64,000 nucleotides of DNA from Hydrolagus colliei. Its lineage: Eukaryota. How positions within the stretch are numbered: position 1 is the stretch's first letter; every line of letters begins with the position of its first letter. Both the position numbers and the translations under genes were made by a program. This document shows, one piece after another, positions 47,404 to 59,841 of the stretch. Below the pieces are notes generated by a model, which saw only the letters and a list, made by a program, of their open reading frames with translations, was not told the origin of the DNA and searched no databases. Location: positions 3,596,001 to 3,660,000 of the forward strand of contig CM068748.1 in the NCBI GenBank assembly GCA_035084275.1, given 5' to 3'.

Positions 47404-50175
47404 GTAAGCCACGAGAGTTCCAAGACAAAATTTGCAGTGGAGAGTTTTTAAGACATTTTATTTGATCATCAAGATGTTCCTCAAACTCTAGCCAAAGTAG
47501 CAGGTTGAATTCGATGACAGAGGTGCAGTGCCATGTTATCGTTTAAAATCTAAAGTTTAGGAAAAATGTTCCTTGCAGATTGGAACCCAAATGTAGCTCC
47601 TCTAAATCAAACATATTCTAATTGCAATCTGGGACATTCCCAATGAGTTTGACTTTGAGGCACGGTATGTATTAGGAAATACTATATTTCTTCCTCTTCT
47701 CAAAATCATAATCGTCTTTAGAGATAGAAATTAACTCAAATCTAATTATTTCCCAAGCAGCCTACATATTTCTCATTTTTGACGATCATTACAGCATGTA
47801 CTAAACATTGCTTTGAATACTGCTCTTTTGACAGCTGTTGCAAAAATATTTGCTCCACTGGCATTCTTCACTGATTAGGCTGTATATTTAATGTGTACTG
47901 GAGGCTACACAATGCACATTTTGGAAATGGAGACAATTTCACATCAATTTTAGTTGGCAGTAAGTAATAGATGCAATCATCATAGACACATGTCTGTTTT
48001 ATTTCTGATAGTTTCCCTGTACTCTGAGTGAATCTTTTCCAAAATAAGCCAAGTTGATATTCTACCAGCGACTGAAAATAGAACTTAATTATTTTGGCCT
48101 TCAGCAAGTTGTACTAAGGTTATTAGTATTATTTCGTGACATGACTGTTTCCATTCCCATTGAGAGATTAATAAAAAAAAATGTTTTGAAATATCCAATA
48201 TCCTCATGCAATACGTTTGAATGGTGCTGTGTGTGTGGACAAATTTGATTTAATGGACATTATACTGAAATAGTTACATCCCTTATCCACACATGATTTC
48301 AGATAACTTGACCTATGTTTAGTGTTTCAGATGTGTACATATCTTGAGTTAATAGTATAGAACATGAGAGATTCTAATGATTTTCATTCAATCTTTACAG
48401 AATACCAACCCTACCATTATTCCATTATAGCATCACACTGTTTCTTATAAGTGCAGTGCCCTGCTTTCAACCCTTTCTGGGAAGCTGTTTCAGCTGTTGA
48501 TTGTTCTCTGGTGTGTATCCCAGAATCGCTCATTGCTACCTGTGACCTATCGAACTGATGAATTGATATATCGAAAAGTTGTATTCAAGGTTTAGAAACC
48601 AATAATTGCAGCAAAAGCCTATTAAGTCTAAGCTGGTGCTGTCTCCTTCACTGAATATATGTTTTAAAAAAATCATCCCAATAACCTGATTTTTATCCTA
48701 TATTGCCTTATATTTTGTTCCTCTGCAAATGTTTATCTAACTACCTTCAAATGTTACGGTCTCCGCTTCGGTAGTTATTTGTGGAAATGTTCAGATGTTT
48801 CTTCCATGTTCAAATAGCCCTTTGTATAAAGACATTTCTGCTAACCTCCCACTTAACGCTGCCAAATGTAATTTTGTTGTTGTTGTTGTTGCCAGTGGCA
48901 AGCAAGTCTGACATTGTGCACCCTTTCACTGGTTTATTAATCAGCTGGAATAATCTTTTACATTTTATTCCATCAACACACTTCAAAATTTTGAAGACAG
49001 CTATTGAACTCCCTCTTTGCCTCCAGTGAAAACCTAGCCTTTTGTCTAACATAATTGTAGTCAAAAGCCATTGTATGTGGGTGTGCTCATATTGCAATTG
49101 GATGGTGGAGCCTGACTTTACTTCCATCCCTGAACCAATCTAGATGTAATGAAGATTCATAATGCTTGTGTTTCTTTTCATGAAACAACTTGTTTGCTTT
49201 GAACAAAGGTTTGAGAAGATATTATGCATTTCGTTGCAGTGATAAGATGGCTGTTTATGGCTGTTTGGGATTATATGAAACAGATTAGATTGGAGAGAAA
49301 AAATCTGTGTGATGGAGCAACTTTTAGTGTTAGCTATTGGATGACCATTTAGGATTTGGAAGCAATCTACTTGTTTACACGTGACTGTACTGTAATTAAA
49401 AAGATGAATGATTTATACTGGCCATGAAACATCTCATAAAATGGACACCAATCTATACAGGTATCCCTCAGATATGATTATACACTTTTGCTTGGCTTGA
49501 GGTTGCTATCCTTCAAGAGGCTGAAGACTTTTATTAGACATTTGTTATGATTATAAATCATAACAAAGATTATAAATGGTAATATATTAATGCTATGTAG
49601 TTTAAATTCCTTGAGTATACCCATTCTCTCAGCACATCTTACAGGCTTTTAGCTAAAGTATTGAATGCTGTAATCTTTCCAAGTTTTATAAGCAATCTTT
49701 TAACCTTTCAAACCTTCGTGTAAAATTACTGAGTTACTTACAATTGGGTATTACAGTACTTTTAAAATCAAAAAGGAACCCATAAAGATTCAGATTCCTG
49801 TTTTTTTTAGTGAAAAAGATAATTCTGTTTGTTAGAAGTGTATTAATCATATCTTACAATTTAAGCATATTCTAAACAGTTTAAGATTACTTGGAGAATA
49901 TAAAAGGGTCAAAAAGGGTATTGGAATTTCAAAATGTTTACGTGAATTCTAGGAAAAGTGGATTGATAATAGTGTGGCCATCAATTTAAATGAACCGGAA
50001 TGGCATAATTGTGCTCCTGCTTAACAAAATTTGCATATAATATCCATGTGAAAGCAATGACATAAGCAGGTACCTGACCACAATTCCCTTTCCTCTGCTG
50101 TTGTATCAATTTAGCATTATAAATACTTTCTTTGCTGACCATTAAAGGAGTTTAATGTTTGCATTTTGTTCACAG

Positions 50176-50273
50176 TGGATCTCCTGGGACTTTTGAAATG
50201 GCGGTCCAACATCAATTTACTGCAACAGAATTTGAGACAGCTCATGAAGGTGGATGGCGGAGAGGTGGTTAAG
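50176..50273 (+). CDS. DOCK1: DOCK1 exon 19: DLLGLLKWRSNINLLQQNLRQLMKVDGGEVVK
   Basis: gttcacag acceptor, 98 nt, donor gtaatc. Confidence 0.96.
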
Positions 50274-52379
50274 GTAATCCTATTTAATGATGTCTGATAT
50301 TTTTGTTATTTGGTAAACAGTTAAAAAATATATTTCTAAAAAATTTCCATTTCGTTGACATGTAATTGTTTTCTACAAGGTCTTGAATAGTTCTATATAA
50401 ATAAATCTTATCTTCCTATGCTGACAGACCAAAATAAACTCAATTTTGTTTGTAGAGTGTATGCCCCAATCTATGTAAACCTGCTCACCATTGCACATTG
50501 GCATCAGGCTGTCCTACATGTAGTCATTAACTAAACAATAGTACGAAAGGTGTCATATCTCCTGCATTTATTTTATTCTGCAATTATGTGGGTGTACAGC
50601 TATATGAATCATAGAATTATAGAAATTGCAACATAAGAGGAGGCTATTTGGTTCATAAATTAGCTCTACTTGGTCAAGTGGATCTAACTGGAATAGAACT
50701 GTAACTTTTTGGACACCTTCAGTAATTGTAGGCTACTTTCTTAGTTCTATTTGTTTCATTTGAAACTGAAGGTCACCAAAATCTCCGATTCACAAATAAG
50801 GGCAAAATAGACTTGTCTATTGAACAACCTCAATACAGTAGTGGGTTTTCAATGTACCCTCATCCCATATTTCTACTCATTCCATTTCCTATATTTAAAA
50901 TAAGCTTATTCTAACTTTTTTTGAATTCATTTAGTATTTATGCTGTGTTTGCTCTCTTGTTATTGATATAGTAATGGTATATTTGGAAACCAGCTGTTCT
51001 GTTTGTTTATCTTCTCCATCTGTTTATTGCCTTTACTTTTAAACGTGTAGGAATACGCTCCTGTATTTTTCACTGGTCCGAGTTTATTTTGGATAAAATG
51101 GTTAAGATGGTGCCCTAGATTATTCTCTTTTCTCCTCCAAACTGTCACATTTGATTTATACTCATATGGATTGATGCTATAATTGCTGGCAACATTGCTG
51201 TCTCATCAATAATTTAACCTCAGTTTTTCTGTTGTGCACAAGGCAATCTCATTTCAGTGTTTTGGTGACAATACAGTAATGTACAAATCAATACGGTGGG
51301 GCATTTCATATGCATTCATTTTAATATTCCATATTTTTGCTCCATATAATGAATTTATAATAACTCAAGTCATATATGCTGCAATGAAAGGGAGTTTTGA
51401 TGCATTAGAAATATATTTTGACTAGCATTTATGGAGATTGTAGTTTTCTTCGATTATTCTGTCATGAACAAATGTCACTATTTTCAAACAATCCATCATG
51501 TCACCTAATGATCCAGCTATTTTTAAAAGTTTTTTTTTTACGAGATGTTGCATTTGTTTGTAAACTGAAGTTGCATAAGATGCAGAGCATTATTAATTGC
51601 TAGTGAAGTTTAACAGAGGTCAGAGGCAAGGAGGTCATCCAAGGCTTCAGCAGAAGTTTAGAAATGCAGAAAACGAGAGAAGCAATAAAGAGGGCCACCA
51701 AGAGAGAGCTAGAGGGAGAACTTGTCTTATATTATATGAGAAAACTGCGTGACCTTTTAAAGGATGCAAGGATGGTTATACACAATGATTATGGATATAA
51801 TAAAGGTTAAAGTTTTTATTCTAGTTTCGAACAGAGTTTAAGATCAACTAATTGTATTTCTATAATCGAGAAACAGATTGACAAAGTTGTTGAGGGGAAA
51901 ATTGTCATTGTGAAGCATTTAAAAACCAGGGAATGCAAGTTTTACATATTAGAAGGTTATAAAAGGAGAGATCGAGCAAACTGTTTTCACCCAAACATTT
52001 TGGATGAGATAACTTTGCATTAAGTTATCACACAAGGCAGATAATACACATCAGATTAAGAGGTAACAAGAGGAGTTTCTGGAGAGAGAAGGGATTCAGG
52101 AATGTGATAGAATGGTGAAGGAAGAGGTTGATTGGGGGTGGGGAGCAGACAAGTCTGTTTGTCCAATGGCTTCTTTTACTTTTAAAAAAAATTGTCTGAT
52201 CTTGACTTGTGGTTTCAAGAACAAAATGTACCAGAATGAACTGATATTCCATCAAAATAATTGATTCTCCTGTTAAAAGAAGAATGGTTGAGTAAAAAGA
52301 AAAAGGTGAACCTCAACCGGTTCATTTATATACGTTTATGTACATTTTTCTTCTAGCAGCTAATGGATTTTTCTTTCAG

Positions 52380-52469
52380 TTTTTGCAGGATACACTTGAT
52401 GCACTTTTTAACATCATGATGGAAAATTCTGACAGTGACACATTTGATACATTAGTATTTGATGCTCTG
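52380..52469 (+). CDS. DOCK1: DOCK1 exon 20: [30 protein letters not shown]
   Basis: ttctttcag acceptor, 90 nt, donor gtaaga. Confidence 0.96.
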
Positions 52470-52945
52470 GTAAGATCTTTTTATAAATTTAACTGTTGCC
52501 AATTCTTAACCATCGATTCACTAAATAATGCAATACTCATTGCAGTTAATAACTGATATGTACTTCAAGATGTAGCCTTTTAAACACCATTGAGGACTGG
52601 AAAATATGTGTTGTTCTATCTCAGAACATCTGTACAAATGACTTGCTCTAAATTTTCAGAAAGTAGAATTTCCGTAGTGCGCAGAAATCTGGTATATATA
52701 ACCATTACTGAGTATATTGAAATTGATATGTAATGCAGCTGAAGTCCCCAAAAGATTAATTAGCAATGTAAATACGTCAGTAATTGCCTTCAGAATTATC
52801 TAATTTATGTACATTTAATTGAAATAAAGGATAACAGAACCTTTCGTAGCAAAATGGAGACCTATTCCATGGTATACTCTACTTGTATAGAGTTTCTATC
52901 AATGCTAATTTGCCTGAAACCTCTGGTGTTTATTTTTTCATAAAG

Positions 52946-53046
52946 GTATTTATTATTGGACTCATTGCTGATAGAAAATTCCAGCACTTCAATCCAGTTC
53001 TGGAAACTTACATCAAAAAGCACTTTAGCGCAACCTTAGCTTACAC
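52946..53046 (+). CDS. DOCK1: DOCK1 exon 21: [33 protein letters not shown](T)
   Basis: ttttcataaag acceptor, 101 nt, donor gtaagt. Confidence 0.95.
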
Positions 53047-53787
53047 GTAAGTATTTAAAGATTAAATCTTAGTTCAACATGACTTTTTTTGTAGTTTGCA
53101 TTGGCTCCTTTGTTGTATACAACAGCAGGGAAATCAAATTCTTATTTTTTTCTAATTCTAACAGTTTTGGAGAAGAATCCTTTTGGAAGTAAATTTGAAG
53201 CTTCAATATATGCGGTTTGGGGTAATATTCTAGATTTGAATGCCACTGACATCATCTCTTCTAATGATGCCCTCTTTGCTTCCGCGCCTCAGCATCTGCT
53301 CGTGGAGGCCTGAATCGGGGCAGATTTGTTCTGGTTGATTCATTCTCTGCCTCCAATGCCAATGGTTTCAATATGTGTGTCAATTGCCATGCATCCTTCA
53401 TAGTGAAGGTTATCTACAGAACCAGCTTGCATAGGCTTTGAACTCGAGGTGCAATAGATTTGCTTGGTGGCTCTCACAAAGAGGATTTACAGACTCCATT
53501 TTTGGCAGTACAGAGTGAGCCAGAGTTCGGTGGTTTTGAGAAGTACAGCTCCTGGTCAGCTCATTTGATCTCATCATTCCAGAATACCCACTCGATTGAC
53601 TTTCTGTCACAATCTCTGGCTATTTCTTTAGTTGAATCCAATGTCCGGGACTCTGCCACTCTTGTGTGCTCAAAACAAAAGTTAGTGGGAGGTTAAGGTA
53701 ATATTTTTTAAATGGAGAAAGAAAAGTCCGGTTTAATGTGTGTGAATGGTCTGCAAATTTGCTTTGAAGATTAAGGAATATCTTATA

Positions 53788-54100
53788 ATAATCACCATGG
53801 TATTTGATGTGGTGCTTTCTCGCACCGTTAAGACATCTCAAAGCGCTTCACAGGATATACTGTAAGTGCATTGACTTTGTGGGCTAAACACAGCAGACTG
53901 TTTATACACAACAGTGTCCCACAAATAGGCATGCAGTGAGTGACCAATTTTTTAACAGAGGTTTGTGTTGGCCAAGACACCCTCCCCAATACAGCTTTTT
54001 GAGTGTCATCTTACAATTCTGTGATTCCAAGTCCCGAAGTGGGGCTTGAACCCACGGTTTTCTGACTCCGAAGGTGGGAGTGCTACCACTGAGCCTGACT
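53788..54100 (-). mobile_element. tRNA-Deu-type SINE
   Basis: Tail ATTTGATGTGGTGCTTT, body CAGTGTCCCACAAA, TTGGCCAAGACACC, head GGGGCTTGAACCCACGG..TCTGACTCCGAAGGTGGGAGTGCTACCACTGAGC (B and A boxes in reverse). Confidence 0.8.
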
Positions 54101-55048
54101 GGCACACCATCTGTGCAGAAACTTCCCAGTAGATATAGTAGTTGACCTGAAATGCCACATTGGTTTGTGACAGACCATCTGGCTTTTTGCTCTTTGCCTT
54201 CTTATGTTCTTAAAATATTATTACTGTTGGATTTTTTTTTGGCATCAAATGAGAAAGGTAAATGGTAAAGTATGCTCAGAATCATTTAGAAAGCAAAGCG
54301 AGTCAGATGGGCTAATTATTTAATTCCTCCAACAATTAAGTTTTACGGATTAAGGGATTGAATTAGACTTCCCTTTTACTATTTCAGTAATGAGATTTAA
54401 GAGGCTTTTTTTAAACTGCTGATCCTTTTTTTTATATAATGTCTTCATTCCAATTCTTTTTTTACCGACTCGTCATTTGAATTGTGCCTGTCATGATTAG
54501 ATATTCCATTTGATGATGAATACCTCTCTAAATGTATTGTTCAATATTCAGTTCTGGTGATAAAACATGTTTTGAACTCCCCCGACTACACTAGTATCCA
54601 TAGAGTAGGTAGACATTAACTATGAGTTATTCAGTGCAGTAATAATGAAAATGAGAACATTTGGGAGAGTGGAATGAGTACTACATAAAATCACTGGAGG
54701 ACAAATTATCTTGATACTGTATTTTTTATATGGAGCCCCTTTTGAATTTTGCAGAATATCACAAGAACTTGTGTAGGCCTACATTCTTTCCCCCATCCCA
54801 TGCTACTAATGGGGTTGTTTCAAACTGGATTGCTTTAATGGAACTGTTACTTTGTTTAAATATTAAAGTTTGAACTGATATAGACATGTTTAGGGTACTA
54901 ATAAGATATTGCAGTGGAGCATTTCACAACATTTTCCATTTATTGTCTATTTTCCAGTCGATTTCTACAAAATTATAGTAATTTTTGTTGATTACCAAAA
55001 GCAGCATAATATATAAGTAATAGTGATTTATTCATTTTTTTAAATCAG

Positions 55049-55183
55049 GAAACTTACTACCGTGTTGAAAACCTATGTGGACCATCCAGAGAAGCCTTCT
55101 GTTAGTGATCAACTATTCAAAGCAATGAAAGCTTTGGAATATGTCTTCAAATTCATTGTTCGCTCCAGAATACTGTTTAATCA
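55049..55183 (+). CDS. DOCK1: DOCK1 exon 22: KLTTVLKTYVDHPEKPSVSDQLFKAMKALEYVFKFIVRSRILFN(Q)
   Basis: ttttaaatcag acceptor, 135 nt, donor gtaagt. Confidence 0.96.
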
Positions 55184-56210
55184 GTAAGTACTAAAGTCTG
55201 TTGGCAGTGTTTTTTTTTGCAGGTTATAGCAAGGTTGCTTATTTATTTGGCAGAATATTTTAAATTGTTTACAACTAGTGATTGCTTGAGTGGTGAAGCC
55301 ATTTTTTAAAATCAAGTGAGTCTCAGAGTCATATGGACAAGGAAGGTTTTTGTGCTCAGTTATCCGAATTGAGTCGTAAAATATTTTGTTGAATGAAATG
55401 TTATTCATGAGCAATGTAACCTTGGTTCTTCATAATGTGTCATGTGGAGCTTCCAATATGCATGTCTATTGAGTTTTGTTCTACTGATGCACTTTTGTAT
55501 CGTAATGAATTATGCTGACTTCACAATATTTAGGAGATGTAACAACATAAACACAATTACATTTATGGAGCGCCTTTCACGTCGGGAGGACATGCAGTAA
55601 AACTCACACAGGCTGTCTCTGTATGAATCTTATAATTACCTTAATTTGTAGAAGCACCAGAGTCCTCTTCAGTTTCCTACCAGAAAGACTTTGCACTAGT
55701 CCTATTTTATGTTGGATAAATGGACAAATCATAACAGTTTCTTGACCCCAAATAATCCTAAATCCTTTGCAAAGCATCTCCTGTCTCGTAACACTTCTAC
55801 CGCACATTGAAGCACATGTGCGCAGTGTTCCGTTTGAAACAAGAGTGGGCAATGAAGTCTTGACCTGTCACCGCATGCACACTTACTGGCCTATAGTGAT
55901 GCACTTTTAAGTGCTCAGGGACGCTACCCTGCATTGAGGGGCATTACCATCAATGCAAGTTGTTGTTGAAGTACAACATATGCAGTACAATGTACTCCAT
56001 TGAAGCAAGCTTGGAAATGGTATCAGGCAGTACAGGTACAACTGTACAAATAAATGTAAGTTAGTGACAAGGATCTTGTACTTGTTTACTGCATTTGCTA
56101 CATGTTAATTGTATAAAATGCAACTTATTATATGATATGACTTATGCAAGTTTGCCTTTGAGTAACCTTCTGACTCAAAGGCAAGAGCCAATGTTATTTA
56201 AAGTTTTACA

Positions 56211-56798
56211 CAGTAGAAACCTGTTCATCTGGCACCCGGGGGACCTGGCCAATGCCGGTTAAAGCGCCTGCCGGATATTCGGGCGGCCAGCAGCCGAAAA
56301 CCCACTACAAAACAATTAAAGTTCTTTTAACACACACCATACACATCAGACTAGGTAATAACAGATAGTGGCAGAGTATTGTGTTGGTGCTTGTTGTTGG
56401 GGCTACTCTCTTGTGCTTCTCACCTTTACTGATTGGGGTTTGCAGTCCAGCGATTCTTTTTTGAATGGAGGATGCCAGACGGGTGAAAGAATTGGCAGCG
56501 CAATTTTAAAGTTGCGCGACTTTACCAGCTGCAAGCTGAAGCCCTAGACTCTACTAGCGGCAAAACAAAATACTGCACCTATGTGACAATGTGGATTATC
56601 GGCTAGCGTTGTTGGCTTGCCGCTGGTATGACTTTGAAGTCATACGCGCTCCCATTTTTTTCGCCCGCTTGGTGTGCTCCATTTTGGGAGGGGTCGCTGG
56701 ACTGTAAACCTCAACCACAGCATCATGGCTTTTTTTTTGGCGTGCCGGTTATACGGATGTGCCGGTGCATCGAGTCACGGATAAACAGGCTTCTACTG
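56211..56798. mobile_element. Tigger/pogo-type MITE, 588 bp, containing an internal inverted-repeat module (~56430-56716)
   Basis: TIRs CAGTAGAAACCTGTT / AACAGGCTTCTACTG; right flank TA, left flank CA; subterminal GCCGG repeats related to the 33891 element. Confidence 0.85.
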
Positions 56799-58529
56799 TA
56801 ATGCCTTAAAATATAACTCAAAAGCCTGTATCTACATCTTGGCCACACTCATAATGCAGAAGTCCAGAGTTCTGTTCTTTCTCTAATTGAATGCCTAGAA
56901 TTTGAATGAGATTCTTTATAACACAGCAATAACTATTTATAACTGTAAATATCACAATTTCACATGGTGGTGCAAGTGACTGGCAGCGAAGCAGAATGAA
57001 AAGTGGTACAATTAATTGCTGTCAGATGTTCTCTGAATTATTGCTGTCAGCTTAGTGCAACTTCACTGTTTACAAGTGTAAAAGGTTTATGTTACTTTGA
57101 GTTACGTTTGCTCCTATCCTTACAGAACTAAAAGTTAATTTTAGATCCAAACATTCTGGAGGTGGATTAGGGGGTGAATAATTTAAATAATTGTGTTGAT
57201 TATATTTAATCAGTTTTATCTTTCATCTCTTCTGCCGACCATCCCAGTCGGGATATCTATTTGTGTAGCCTGATAAAAGGTAAAGGCATTGAATCTAGAT
57301 TCGAATTTGTGTGGATTTCATTTGTGGTTCCTGAAACCTTTGGAAATTGATCAACAGTGTTCTCCATTATTGCGGGAGCACAGTTAAGAAAGTGCGTGCA
57401 TTGCTGTTTATCATATCCAGGAACAAATTGATTTGCTCTGTGTTTACTGTATGCAATGGGAATGGAGATTGCCATAAGTTTCATATTGATTAAACTACAT
57501 GGCTTTTTGTTTGCTTGCACTTGTGTTTCTCCAACTGGAGGAAGCTCACACTAGAAATGTTTCAGATCAGTCAATCCGATAGGGTATCTCAGAAAATGTG
57601 TTTCCCCATTGTCCAAAAGTATTCAATGTATTCCAATTCACAATATTCTGTTTCTGTCAAGCAGTGTTTTAATATTTGATATAAATGCTAAGTTAACACC
57701 AGTAAACTCATTTTGCGTTTTTTAGTTGCCTTGCTTATTATGCAGAACTAAAGATATATTACTCAGGAATAAGTAATTCACTTTATTATCTTCCTTGTCT
57801 GTGTGACTAAGCCACTCACTTGATAAAACAATGGCTGAACTTGCATATGTGTGAAACTTATCTTTATATGTTTAGAGGACATAAATACATGCATGGCGAT
57901 GACATTCTTAGACTTATTTATCATAAACATTTTATGAACCTCAAACGTTCAATGAATATACATAAATACATTATTTAAATATATGTAGAATCATTCAATA
58001 ATTGGTGGGGATAATAACTTCATTAAACTTGAAATATATGCTGCACAATTACTAATCCTCTTGCTAATATCATTATGCATAAAGGGCAAGGAGTGCACTG
58101 AGAGTAAGGAATAGCAATTTCCAACACAATCTGACCCAAAACAGAATGAAAAATCTGCTTAAATTGAAATGAGATGCAATACAAAATTACATTTGTCTTT
58201 ACGCCTTTTATGTTGGGAGAACAATTTTCTTTAATCATCTGATTGTAATTGATTGCACAGAGAATAATTAATGCATGGATATATTGTAAAGTAGTAATAC
58301 CGCTCCGTTTATGTGACATCAGAATGAGTGACTGTTGAAATAGTTCCAAAGTATCATCTCAAATCAGGATGAAATTACCATTTGCAATATGCACTGGAAA
58401 TTTTTGTTGCTATTAGCGAGTGTAATTGCTGTTATTAGCTAAGATGCTTTGTGCAGTTGATGCTAAAGAATTGCATTATTTTAGGATTTGTGTTAAACAT
58501 ACTTGTAAATTTATTAAAAGAGACACCTT

Positions 58530-58850
58530 TTCCGTCTGCTTGTTTTGTTGAAATTCCCCCACCCCTCGTTTTGCATTATTAACACAGCTTTTCTCCTGTT
58601 TGGTTGCAAGCCCGCATTCTTTTGCACCATTAACACCTCTTTAACCTACTACATACCCTGTCCTCTACCTCATTTTCTCTTTTGTCTTCCTTGCCTGCCT
58701 CCCCCCACCCCTCTCTTAGTCTTTGAAAGCCTCTCCCTCGCAACATGTCCCAGTTCTGATGAAGGGTCATGGACTTTGAAACGTTGACTCACTTTCTTTC
58801 TTCACAGATGCCTGAACAGCTGAGTGTTTGCAGAGACTTCAGTATTTGTT
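58530..58850 (+). mobile_element. Penelope-like element terminal (pseudo-LTR) remnant
   Basis: Pyrimidine-rich tract then CAGTTCTGATGAAGGGTC..GGACTTTGAAACGTTGACTC...CACAGATGC...GCTGAGT, matching a recalled chondrichthyan Penelope terminal motif. Confidence 0.7.
58752..58789 (+). ncRNA. Minimal type I hammerhead ribozyme motif
   Basis: Stem I AGUU/GACU; core CUGAUGA; stem II AGGGUC-aug-GACUUU; GAAA; palindromic stem III ACGU; GUU cleavage triplet. Confidence 0.55.
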
Positions 58851-59081
58851 GTAAATGTATTAAGTTGTATTTCAATTGCACTAAAGAAAGATGTACATTA
58901 TAAAACCCTCATCTGATTTTTTTGAGTGAGGAAGTTCTCCCTCAAACTTACGTAGCAAACTTCAATTATATCAGTGCTTTATAGCCATTCACAGATATAT
59001 TCTTACTCAAATAAAATTTTTATGCTGTCTCCCTGCAGATAAAATATTCTTGCAAGAACTGTATAAAAATGTTATCAGGAG

Positions 59082-59365
59082 ATTGGGTGTTGTAGTGGTT
59101 CACAGCAATTTCCTTTCACCTCTGGGATCAGATATAGTTCAATGTGATAAAAGGCTTTCTTTCAAGGACTGCAAAGGTCCTAAGTGAAACGCGTTTGTGC
59201 AGCCGCAATCATCTATCTATAGGGCATGGATCTACAATACAACACTTTCATAATTCAGCTCTAATTAAACACCCTTTCTTAGGCGGGTGAAAATAGACAA
59301 GTTAGCTGGTGTTAGAAATAAATGGTGCACGTAGCAAAAGGACATGGTGATCTCGGATCAAGGAT
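59082..59365 (+). mobile_element. LF-SINE-like ancient element
   Basis: CCTTTCACCTCTGGG, GGTCCTAAGTGAAACGCGTTTGTG and CATAATTCAGCTCTAATTAAACACCCT match recalled LF-SINE blocks in order and approximate spacing. Confidence 0.5.
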
Positions 59366-59484
59366 AAAGAAAATATTTTACTCATTAAAACATTTGGTGG
59401 GGTCACAAAAAAAGGATTAATTCTGTCCTCCAGCATTGAATTCTAATTAACATGATTGAATCCTAGCCTACGTTTAGATTTATC

Positions 59485-59620
59485 AACAGACATGGGGATA
59501 AGAGAACAGAACACAGGCATGGGGAAGAGAATAGATGGAGGATCGTGTGGAGTATACATACCAGCACACAATTATTTGGCCAACCTATTTCCATGCCATC
59601 TTTCTTTGTGATTCTATGAT
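59485..59620 (+). mobile_element. CR1-type 3' tail
   Basis: GGAGGATCGTGTGGAGTATACATACCAGCAC...TTGGCCAA...GTGATTCTATGAT. Confidence 0.55.
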
Positions 59621-59841
59621 CTTTTTATCATAAGGATTCTGTGTGTGGCCATTTTTAGTTTGAGGACTGTTCTGGGTGGAAGCTACCTTCTCTTTTCATA
59701 CAGAAAGGAAGCTTTTATGTGCATCTGAACAGGTGTAGGGACATTCAATCAATCAATAATTACATTGGTTTAACATCTCATCTGAAAGTCAGCTCCTCCC
59801 TTAGGCCTCCCTTAATACTGCATTGGAGTGTCAATCTAGAC

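Noticed and set aside
48550-48585. CTGATGA...GAAA hammerhead-like spacing (similar at ~7644)
   Set aside because: No closing stem II or stem III pairing; expected by chance in AT-rich DNA.
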